Assembly: GCA_035706005.1 (NCBI GenBank)
Contig: DASSVO010000038.1
Coordinates: 1,192-65,191, forward strand
DNA length: 64,000 bases
Direction: 5' to 3'
Origin: Gaiellaceae bacterium
GTDB taxonomy: Bacteria; Actinomycetota; Thermoleophilia; Gaiellales; Gaiellaceae
Position numbers and translations under genes: made by a program
Part shown: positions 35,499 through 43,295 of the stretch, in pieces
How positions within the stretch are numbered: the first letter of the stretch is position 1
Layout: each line of letters starts with the position of its first letter
Notes under the pieces: generated by a model
What the model was told of the DNA's origin: nothing
Seen by the model: only the letters and a program-made list of their open reading frames with translations
Databases searched by the model: none

Positions 35499-36167
35499 CT
35501 AGGCCGTCGCCGCCACGCGAGATTCGGTTACGAACGGCCTCCCGACCGGCAGAAGCACTCGGCCTGCGACGCCGTTCCAGACGCCCGCGGCCGAGGTGTA
35601 CCAGGCGACAGCCGCCGTGACGACGCCCGCCCATCCGCCCGCGTGCAGCCACCAGTTGTTCGTGGTGGGACTGATGTGCGAACCGTTGAAGAATCCAATC
35701 ACGAGCAGGATCTCGGTGATCTGCAGCGTGAGAAAGACCCCGAATACGGCCGCGTTCACGCGCATGCTGCCGATCAGCATGTAGAGGTTGAAGACGGCGA
35801 ACGCGAACAGGAACCAGGCGACCGAGTTGTCGATGTTGTGCGGGCCCACGCCGGCGAACCAGTTCTTCGTGACGACGCCGAGGGTGATGAATAGGCCGAG
35901 GCCCATCCAGAAGCCTCCGTACGTCGAGAACGCGGTCGCGCCGAACACGTTCCGGTTGCGGAACTCCCACATTCCGGCGCAGAACTGAGCGAGGCCGCCG
36001 TAGAAGATCGCGGGGCCGACCCAGATCAGGTCGGGAATGAACGACGCGTTGTGCCCGCTGAGCAGGAACGTCGTCAGTGCGAATCCCGCGAGACCCAGCG
36101 GCGCGGGGTCGGCGGCCGGTGTGCCCTCAACCAACTGCACCGGCCGGTCGGAAGACAGTGCGCTCAT
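35499..36167 (-). CDS. GPR1/FUN34/YaaH (SatP/AceTr) acetate channel
   Basis: 222 aa: DPAPLGLAGFALTTF, YGGFW and six TM segments. Lies 33 nt upstream of acs on the same strand. Confidence 0.85.
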   Translation of the reverse strand: MSALSSDRPVQLVEGTPAADPAPLGLAGFALTTFLLSGHNASFIPDLIWVGPAIFYGGLAQFCAGMWEFRNRNVFGATAFSTYGGFWMGLGLFITLGVVTKNWFAGVGPHNIDNSVAWFLFAFAVFNLYMLIGSMRVNAAVFGVFLTLQITEILLVIGFFNGSHISPTTNNWWLHAGGWAGVVTAAVAWYTSAAGVWNGVAGRVLLPVGRPFVTESRVAATA

Positions 36168-36265
36168 CCAGCCCTCCTAGCTAGGAGGCGGCGGAAGCGC
36201 CCCTTGGCCGTCCCCTCGCCTCCCGATCTATTTGGGCAGCCTTTACCCGCTTTCGGGCGAATTAG

Positions 36266-37456
36266 TCAGGGTTCGAGGTCGTACGGGTAGTTCGTGAGCA
36301 CGTCGGCGCCCTGCTCGGTCACGAGGACGACGTCCTCGAGCCGGACGCCGCCGTAGCCGACGCGGTAGAGCCCCGGCTCGACGGTGACCACGTCACCTGC
36401 GAGGAGCTTCTTCCGCGACAACCGTCCCATCCCGGGCTCCTCGTGCACCTCGAGGCCGACGCCGTGGCCGAGTCCGTGGAAGAACCCGTCGCCCAGCGTC
36501 TCACCGGGAGTCTTCGTGCGCTGGGTCGGCTCGCCCGCCGCCTCGAAGATGTCGCAGGTGACGTCGAAGACCGCGCGCGCGTCCGCGCCGGCACGAATCC
36601 CCGCCACGGCGGCGTCGAGCGCCTCCTTGACGAGGCGATGCCATTCGCGCACGTGATCGGGCACCTCGCCGACGACGAAGGTCCGCGTCATGTCCGTGTA
36701 GACGGCGGAAGCATTGTCACGGGGCCAGATGTCGACGACGAGCGGCGTGCCGGGCGGAATCGGCCCCGAGCCCATGTCGTGACCGACGGCGCCCTGGGCG
36801 CCCGGCGCGACGATGTACTCGTCGGCGGTCGTGTCGTGCCTGGCGAATGCCACGCTCATGTCCGCCTTCACCCGCTCCACCGTGAGCTGCTCGCCGTCGA
36901 GGAGCAGCGCGTCACCGCGGATCTCCGCCCGCCGGAGGAGCTCGCGGCACGCGTCCATCGCCGCCTCGGCTGCGCGCTGTGCCCGCCGCATCCCCGCAAG
37001 CTGCGCCTCGGTCTTGGCGCGCCGGCGTGCGTCGAAGAGATCCTGGTCGACCTCGAGCTCGACCCCGTCGCCCCGGAGCCGGTCGGCGAGCCAGACAGGG
37101 AAGTTCTCGGGCACTGTCGCCCGCTTCAGGCCGAGGCTTCCGGTGGCCCGAAGCGCAAGCTGCGCGTCCAGCTCCCGGCGCTCGATCCCCGACGCGATCA
37201 GCTCGTCGGCGCCGAACTCCTCGTGCACGTGCACGTCGAAGAGCCCGAGCTCGCGTAGGCGACCTGCTTCCATCGAGCTGGCGAACACGTGCCGGTCGCC
37301 GTTCCGCTCCGCGTAGAGAAACGGGTCCGGGACCCCGAGAGGCACCGCGTGGCGCATGTCGGCGGACCGGAACGAGTCGCCGTAGATGAGAACCGCGTCG
37401 GCCACGAGCGCCACCGATGCTAGCGATCCGATGCCGGTTCCTTCGGCGCTTCTCAT
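36266..37456 (-). CDS. M24 family Xaa-Pro aminopeptidase
   Basis: The ATG at 37456 was placed by residue count. Contains HGLGHGVGLEVHEEP and VEPGLY. The upstream part of track ORF 36266..37645 is Arg-rich junk. Confidence 0.85.
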   Translation of the reverse strand: MRSAEGTGIGSLASVALVADAVLIYGDSFRSADMRHAVPLGVPDPFLYAERNGDRHVFASSMEAGRLRELGLFDVHVHEEFGADELIASGIERRELDAQLALRATGSLGLKRATVPENFPVWLADRLRGDGVELEVDQDLFDARRRAKTEAQLAGMRRAQRAAEAAMDACRELLRRAEIRGDALLLDGEQLTVERVKADMSVAFARHDTTADEYIVAPGAQGAVGHDMGSGPIPPGTPLVVDIWPRDNASAVYTDMTRTFVVGEVPDHVREWHRLVKEALDAAVAGIRAGADARAVFDVTCDIFEAAGEPTQRTKTPGETLGDGFFHGLGHGVGLEVHEEPGMGRLSRKKLLAGDVVTVEPGLYRVGYGGVRLEDVVLVTEQGADVLTNYPYDLEP

Positions 37457-37485
37457 CGCGAACGTGGATACTCGCGGGTCGAGTG

Positions 37486-38913
37486 ATGGCGGCCATCGGC
37501 GAAAGAGACGATCCGGCCTTCCCGGTCGGAGCGGTGTGCCGGATCGACTCGCGCGCGCCGTGGCGGCAGGTCGCGGAGATCCCGGTCGGCCTCGACCCGG
37601 AGGGAATCGCCGTCGACGTCGCGCGGCGGCGCGCGTTCGTCGCATGCTCGCGCAGCGACTTCGTCTCGGTCGTCGACCTCGACTCGCACGAGGTCGTCGC
37701 GGAGATCGCGACCGGCGCCGAGCCGATCGACATCGGACTCGACGAGCAGACAGGCCGCGTCTTCACTGCCGACGCACACTCCGACCAGGTGACGATCATC
37801 GACTCGGCGACACTCGAGGTGGAGACCGCCCTGCCGGTCGGCGGCTATCCATCCGGCCTCACGCACGTCCCCGAGTACCGTCGGCTCTACGTCGGCAACT
37901 CGCTCGGGTCGACGATGAGCGTGATCGACCTCGACACGCTCGAGACCGTCGCCACCGTCGACGCCGAGCCCGGCGCCGGCGCGATCGGCGTCGACTCGAC
38001 ACGGCGCCTCGTCGTCTGCGTCAACTTCGTCGCCGCCTCCGCGAACTTCTACGACGTCGACTCCTTCGAGGAGATCGCGCGGCTTGAGCTCGGCACCGGC
38101 ACGTGCGCGATCGGGATCGTCCCCGAGCGCGGCGAGGCCTTCATCGTCAACTCGATCGCCGGCACCGTCTCACGCGTCGACCTCGAATCGATCGAGGTCG
38201 TGGAGGAGATCCGCACCGGCCAGGCACCGGTCGGACTCACGGTCGCGCCGGCGCACGACCGGATCTACGTCACGAACCGGGGCGCCGGCACCGTGAGCGT
38301 GCTCGGCGTCGCCGATCGGTGCGAGTGGTCGCAGATCCCGGTCGGCAACGGCCCCGGCGGAGTCGTCGTCGACCCGCACGACGGCCGCATCCTCGTCGCC
38401 AATGCGGGCAGCCAGACGATGTCGATCGTCGAGGACCTGCTCGCCGCGAAGCCGCCGGCCCCGGTCGTCGAGGAGTCGAGCCCGTGGCTCGGGAACCGGC
38501 TGCCGGCGTTCGCGCTCGAGGACTACTGGACGGGCGAGCGGCGCACCAATCACGACTGGGCGGAGAAGAAGTACATCCTCAACTTCTTCGCCTCGTGGTG
38601 AGGACCGTGCAACGCGGAGGCGCCGTTCCTCGAGGAGCTGCGCGTTCGCGAGGAGGCCCGGTCGGGCCTCGAGGTCGTGCTCGTCGACATCTGGGAAGGG
38701 ACGGAGCCTCGCCCCGAGGTTGAGCGGTTCTGCGACATGTGGGGCATCAAGGGGCCGATCCTCCTCGACCCGGGTGGCGAGCTCGCCACGACGCTCGGCG
38801 TGCGCGGCGTGCCGACGAACGTCGTCGTCGACTCGGACGGGACGATCCGCGCCTTCGGGGCAGCGCGGCTCGATGAGCTCGAGCAAGCGATCGACAGCCT
38901 CTACGGCCGGTAG
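37486..38913 (+). CDS. Predicted selenoprotein: YVTN beta-propeller repeats fused to a TlpA/ResA-like redoxin with W-U-G-P-C (Sec at 38599-38601)
   Basis: Track ORF 37417..38601 ends at ...YILNFFASW-TGA. The same frame continues GPCNAEAPFLEEL...RGVPTNVVVDSDGTIRAF to TAG 38913. Track ORF 38677..38913 is in frame. The TGA sits exactly at the first Cys of the redoxin CxxC. Confidence 0.75.
38609..38649 (+). promoter_or_regulatory. Candidate SECIS hairpin
   Basis: Lower stem GCAACGCG (38609-38616) pairs with CGCGTT(C)GC (38641-38649). Upper stem GAGG/CCTC closes the loop CGCCGUU at 38621-38627, 20-26 nt after the UGA. The structure is imperfect, and an alternative 7-bp hairpin lies at 38652-38669. 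Confidence 0.35.
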
Positions 38914-38918
38914 GGCGG

Positions 38919-39560
38919 ATGGCGCTGCTGCGCGCCGAAGAAGAGACCAGGGTCCGGGAATGGTTCGCCGAACTCGAGCGGCCGGTGGAGCTCCTCGTGG
39001 CGGTCGGTCCCGAGGAGACGCCGCTTCCCGGTGCGGGTGACGTCGACTTCGGCGCGGAGATGATGCGCGTGTGCGAGGGGCTGGCGGAGCTCGGCGAGGC
39101 CGTGACCTGCCGTCGGGAGGAGGAGCCGGACGGCTTCCCCCGCTTCCCGGCCGTCTCCATCCGTCCCGAGGGGCGCGATTCCGGAGTCCGGTACGACGGG
39201 CTGCCGTGGGGTTACGAGCTCGGCTCGCTCGTCGGCGCGATCGTCGAGGCCGGCCGCGCCGAGCCCTCGCTGCGTCCCGAGTCGCTCGCGGCCTTGGGCG
39301 AGCTCGACCGCGACCTCGCGCTCGACGTCTTCGTCACGCCGACTTGACCGCACTGCCCGCCGGCCGTGCTGCTGGCGTTTCGGTGCGGCTTCGCTTCGGA
39401 GCGGGTGGCGGCGACCGCGATCGAGGCCAACGAGTTCCCGCAGCTCGCGCAGGAGATGCAAGTCTGGGCGGTGCCGCGCATCGTCGTCGACGGCGTACCG
39501 CAGTGGGACGGGGCGGTGCCCGAGCCCGAGTTCCTCCGCCGGATCCTCTCGGCCGCCTAG
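38919..39560 (+). CDS. Predicted selenoprotein: PDO/AhpF-N-terminal-like glutaredoxin-type protein with T-U-P-H-C (Sec at 39345-39347)
   Basis: Track ORF 38919..39347 ends at ...LDVFVTPT-TGA. The same frame continues PHCPPAVLLAF...EANEFPQLAQEMQVWAVPRIVVDG to TAG 39560. Track ORF 39366..39560 is in frame. This matches the vfvTptCPyCp...efp.la..y.V..VP pattern with U at the first Cys. Confidence 0.75.
39348..39388 (+). promoter_or_regulatory. Candidate SECIS hairpin
   Basis: Outer stem CCGCAC (39348-39353) / GTGCGG (39383-39388). Inner 7-bp stem CGCCGGC/GCTGGCG closes the loop CGUGCU at 39365-39370, 18-23 nt after the UGA. Confidence 0.45.
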
Positions 39561-39718
39561 CCGGTCAGCTTGACGGCGAGCCAGAGCCCGGCGAGGCCGC
39601 CGAGGCAGCCGAGCGCGAGCGAGGCGACGCCGAATGCGCTCCCACCCCAGGCTTCCGGGAGGAACCCGCCGACCGTGGTGCCGACACCGACGAAGATCCA
39701 GACAACGCGTCTGTCCAT
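39557..39718 (-). CDS. 53-aa two-TM small membrane protein
   Basis: ATG 39718 gives MDRRVVWIFVGVGTTVGGFLPEAWGGSAFGVASLALGCLGGLAGLWLAVKLTG. Lies 32 nt downstream of the preceding minus-strand gene. Below the track length cutoff. Confidence 0.4.
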   Translation of the reverse strand: MDRRVVWIFVGVGTTVGGFLPEAWGGSAFGVASLALGCLGGLAGLWLAVKLTG

Positions 39719-39750
39719 GGGCGCTCTATCGGCTTACGCCTCTGGGATCT

Positions 39751-40512
39751 TCACAGGCGTACGCGGAACGAGCGCCGCCGGCCGCCCACGGACGTCGGCA
39801 GCTCGACTCGCGCGACGACCGTTCCATGCACACGCCCGCGGTACGTGAACTCGGCGATGCCGGTGCTGCGCGGAAGAAGCTCGCGCCGTCGCGGCCTCAG
39901 CCTTGAGAGCACGCGGCCGTGCCGGAACAGCACGAGCCGCAACGCGGCGCCGCCGAGCCGCTCCGTCACATTGCCGCGGTTGACGAGACGCAGCTCGAGC
40001 AGCTGCCGCGCTCCGACCCGGCGAACCGTGAGGGCGCGCGTGTCGAGCCGTCGCACGACCCGGCCGCGGACGTGGAGGACGACGAGGACGCCGACACGTA
40101 CGCGCACCCGGACTCGCCGCACGCTGAGGGGGCGTGTCGTCAGGAGCACCAGGGCCGGGTGGTCTCCCGGCTCGGCGCGCCGCGGCACCGCGACACGGAC
40201 GTGGAGCATCGCCTTCGCTCCCGGTGCGATGCGGATCCTGCGCGGACGCAACCGCAGCCAGGTCGCCGCGCCGCGCGCCGGTCGCACCCGCGGTTTCCCA
40301 CGCAGGGAGCGCGCGAAGCCGGCGCGCGAGACGTCGACGATCAACGTCCTACGGCCGGGATTCCGCACCCCGATAGCGGCCGCCGATGCGCCTTCGAGCC
40401 TCAGGCGGAGCGGGCTCGCGCTGAGCCCGATGCCGGGGCCGGGAGCGGCCGCGGCACCCGGGATGGATGCCGCGGCCATTGCAAGGGCGAGAGCCGCAAC
40501 GGCGCTCTTCAC
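39751..40512 (-). CDS. Secreted, extremely Arg-rich two-domain beta-sandwich protein (PapD/DUF916-like, uncertain)
   Basis: GTG 40512 is in frame and overlaps the upstream stop (GTGA). Signal peptide VKSAVAALALAMAAASIPGAAAAP, then ...AEPGDHPALVLLTT... Confidence 0.55.
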   Translation of the reverse strand: MKSAVAALALAMAAASIPGAAAAPGPGIGLSASPLRLRLEGASAAAIGVRNPGRRTLIVDVSRAGFARSLRGKPRVRPARGAATWLRLRPRRIRIAPGAKAMLHVRVAVPRRAEPGDHPALVLLTTRPLSVRRVRVRVRVGVLVVLHVRGRVVRRLDTRALTVRRVGARQLLELRLVNRGNVTERLGGAALRLVLFRHGRVLSRLRPRRRELLPRSTGIAEFTYRGRVHGTVVARVELPTSVGGRRRSFRVRL

Positions 40513-41564
40513 CCGCCGATCACCGTGAACGTGAGCGTCGCGGAGTAGTGCCCGGCCGGGACGACCGGCAGTGGGGAGACGAACCCGACGCTCGTGGCCC
40601 AGGCGTCGCCACCGCCTGCGCTGGGGCCACTCGCGCTTCCCAGGAGCAGGTCGGCCGCAGGTGCGACCGGCACGGCCACGAGACCGGCGTCCCCGACGCC
40701 GATGCCGAGCGGCAGATCGTGCGGCGAGAACGCCGTCCGGTGGACGGTGAGCGTGTAGCCGCTCGGGTCGTTGCTCGTCACCGTGACGTTCTCGGGGAGC
40801 GGGGCGGGCGTCGTGCCGGGCACCGCCGCCGGGAAGCTCAGCGTCGGATGATCGAGCGCGATCGAGAGCACCGGCTGGACGTCGACGTCGACCCCGGCCG
40901 ACGCGCTTGTTCCGTTCGGCGGCGGCGACACCTCGCAGGCGCTCGCCGGCGCAGACGAGTTCCGCGGATCGGGCGCCGCGGTGGCGAAGTCGGCCGCATT
41001 GTCGTCGCTGTCGGTGCAGCCACCGCCCGCGCGCGCGATCGCCGTCGTCGCGCTCGGAGCCGGAGCGGTAGCAGTTCCTTCGTAGTCGGTGGCACTGCCA
41101 TAGCCGATGAGATCCTCGACCGTGGAAACCGCCGAACAGCTTCCGGCGGTCGCGCCGCACGAGAGCGCAGTCGCATCGTGAACGAGCGCGACCTTGCCGC
41201 CCGTGGCGGCGAGGTTCGAGGTACCGGTCGCGTCGGGCGTCGGCAGCGGCGCGCCGTTCGTTCCGCCGGAGGCGAGCTGGACGAGGTACCGGCCGCCGGC
41301 CGGGATGGTGCCGCTGAGCGCGGTCGCCTGCCACGTGGTGCTCGAGGCGGAGGCGTACTGGACCGTCCAGCCGTCGATGGCGACGGCACCCGCGCCTCGG
41401 TTGAACAGCTCGACGTAGTCGTTGGCGTACACGGCGCCGCTGTTGCCGCCGGAGGCGTAGACCTCGGCGACGACGAGGCTGCCCGAGCCGCTGCCGCGCG
41501 CCGAAGCCGCAGCGAGCGAGAGGGCAACGGCCGTGAGCAGGACGAGCACGTGGAATCGCTTCAT
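40509..41564 (-). CDS. Secreted lamin-tail-domain (LTD) protein with a C-terminal beta-rich surface domain
   Basis: ATG 41564 follows GGAGG. Signal peptide MKRFHVLVLLTAVALSLAAASA. The LTD block reads LVVAEVYASGGNSGAVYANDYVELFNRG...IDGWTVQY. Confidence 0.75.
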   Translation of the reverse strand: MKRFHVLVLLTAVALSLAAASARGSGSGSLVVAEVYASGGNSGAVYANDYVELFNRGAGAVAIDGWTVQYASASSTTWQATALSGTIPAGGRYLVQLASGGTNGAPLPTPDATGTSNLAATGGKVALVHDATALSCGATAGSCSAVSTVEDLIGYGSATDYEGTATAPAPSATTAIARAGGGCTDSDDNAADFATAAPDPRNSSAPASACEVSPPPNGTSASAGVDVDVQPVLSIALDHPTLSFPAAVPGTTPAPLPENVTVTSNDPSGYTLTVHRTAFSPHDLPLGIGVGDAGLVAVPVAPAADLLLGSASGPSAGGGDAWATSVGFVSPLPVVPAGHYSATLTFTVIGG

Positions 41565-41709
41565 GGAGCCTCCGATCGGGGACGACTTGACGGCCCCCTT
41601 GCTACCGCCCGCCGCGCGGCGCCGACAGTGTCCTTTGCCGATTCGGCACGGAATCGGCACACTTCCGCGCGCTCCGCGCGGCCCGGCGGCGGGCGGCTAG
41701 ATTCCGCCT

Positions 41710-42858
41710 GTGGAGGCGCTCGAGCGAGCACGGCAGGTCGCAGCGACGTGGGACGAGCGCCTGCGCGCCGACCTTCCCGGCGAGCTCGACATCTTCGACG
41801 CCCACACGCACCTCGGCACCGACATCGACGGGATGGTGGGCCGCTATGAGGAGCTCGTCGGCTCGATGGACCGCTACGGCTTCTCGCGGGCGTTCGTGTT
41901 CTGCCTCGACGAGCCCGACCGACACCCGGGGTTCCGTGCCGGCAACGACCGGACACTCGAGTTCGCAGCGCGCTCGGAGGGGCGGCTGATCCCGTTCGTC
42001 CGCCTCGCGCTCGACGAGGGACCGATCGAGGAGGCTCGCCGCTGCCTCGATCTCGGCGCACGCGGGATCAAGCTCCACCCGCGGGCCCAAAAGTTCCTGC
42101 TGAACGACGAGCGGCTCGCACCGGTGTTCGCCCTCGCAGCCGAGCGAGGCGTCCCGATCCTCGTCCACGCGGGCCGCGGACTGCCGCCGATCGCGGCCGA
42201 GCTGGAGCGTCTCGTCGACTCGCATCCCGGCGCGCAGCTCATCCTCGCTCACGCCGGCATCGCAGATCTCGCGAACCTCGCACATCGCTTCTCGGGCAAG
42301 CGCGGCGTCTTCTTCGACACCTCCGTGTGGAGCGCGATCGACCTGCTCGGACTACTGCGGCTCGTCCCGCCCGAGCAGATCGTCTACGCCTCCGACTACC
42401 CGTACGGCCAGCAGCCGGGCTCGCTTCTGCTCTCCCTCCGCGTCGCGCGAGCCTCCGGCTTCGACGAGCAGCAGCTGCGGGACATGTTCGCCGGCAACGC
42501 GATCCGCATCGCTGCGGGGGAGAAGCCCCTCGAGCCCTCGCAGCCGCGCGGCTCCGACATCCTCGAGCAGCCACTCGCACAGGCGCGCATCCACCAGTAC
42601 CTCTCGATGGCGATGCCGCTCCTCTTCGTCCGGCAGCCGGACGCCTTCGGCGCGCTCGGGCTCGCGCTCAACGCGACGGAGGAGCCCAACGGCGCTCACC
42701 GGAGCGAGCTCGGGCAGATCCGCGAGCTGCTCGAGGCGGCACGCGACCTGTGGCGCACGCTGCCGGAAGCCGAGGACGACAGCGAGCGCCGGCTCGTCGC
42801 ACGCACCGCCGTTCGGCTGATTCAGATTGCGGACACCGTGGCAGTGACCTCCGTATGA
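41710..42858 (+). CDS. Amidohydrolase-2 (TIM-barrel metal-dependent hydrolase) family protein
   Basis: 382 aa: IFDAHTHLG, GIKLHP, LVHAG, ILAHAG. GTG start. The stop overlaps the next start (ATGA). Confidence 0.75.
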   Translation: MEALERARQVAATWDERLRADLPGELDIFDAHTHLGTDIDGMVGRYEELVGSMDRYGFSRAFVFCLDEPDRHPGFRAGNDRTLEFAARSEGRLIPFVRLALDEGPIEEARRCLDLGARGIKLHPRAQKFLLNDERLAPVFALAAERGVPILVHAGRGLPPIAAELERLVDSHPGAQLILAHAGIADLANLAHRFSGKRGVFFDTSVWSAIDLLGLLRLVPPEQIVYASDYPYGQQPGSLLLSLRVARASGFDEQQLRDMFAGNAIRIAAGEKPLEPSQPRGSDILEQPLAQARIHQYLSMAMPLLFVRQPDAFGALGLALNATEEPNGAHRSELGQIRELLEAARDLWRTLPEAEDDSERRLVARTAVRLIQIADTVAVTSV

Positions 42859-43295
42859 GCGAGCTCCGCCTCACCGTCAACGGCGAGCACCACGTCCTCG
42901 ACGCGCCGGTCGGGGCGAGCCTCGCCCACGTCCTGCGCGAGGAGCTCGGCCTGACGGGGACGAAGGTCGCCTGCAACGAGGGGCACTGTGGCGCTTGCAC
43001 CGTTCAGGTCGACGGCGTGCCGCGGCTCTCGTGCATCACCCTCGCGCACGCGGTCGAGGGAGAGGTGACGACGATCGAGGGTCTGCGGGAGCATCCGCTC
43101 GTCGAGGCGTTCGTCCGCGCCGACGCGGTCCAGTGCGGCTACTGCACGCCCGGACAGGTGGTGTCGGCGGCCGCACTCGTCGCGGCGAACCCGCAGCCGA
43201 CGCGCGAGGAGATCCGGCACGCGATGGCCGGGAACATCTGCCGCTGCGGCACGTATCCGAAGATCGAGGAGGCGATTCTCAGTTGGCAAGGCTGA
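42855..43295 (+). CDS. (2Fe-2S)-binding small subunit of a molybdenum hydroxylase (CoxS/XdhC-type)
   Basis: CNEGHCGACTV and QCGYCTPGQ...CRCGTY motifs. ATG 42855 is in frame. Confidence 0.9.
   Translation: MSELRLTVNGEHHVLDAPVGASLAHVLREELGLTGTKVACNEGHCGACTVQVDGVPRLSCITLAHAVEGEVTTIEGLREHPLVEAFVRADAVQCGYCTPGQVVSAAALVAANPQPTREEIRHAMAGNICRCGTYPKIEEAILSWQG

Noticed and set aside
38599-38601. Reading the TGAs at 38599 and 39345 as true stops, pseudogene lesions or sequencing errors
   Set aside because: Both fall exactly on the first Cys of a CxxC. The downstream frame stays open for the entire remaining domain with coding-like GC3 bias. Two independent neighbouring genes show the same feature, and selD plus a Sec-FDH are present. 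A sequencing error (TGC to TGA) cannot be fully excluded from sequence alone.
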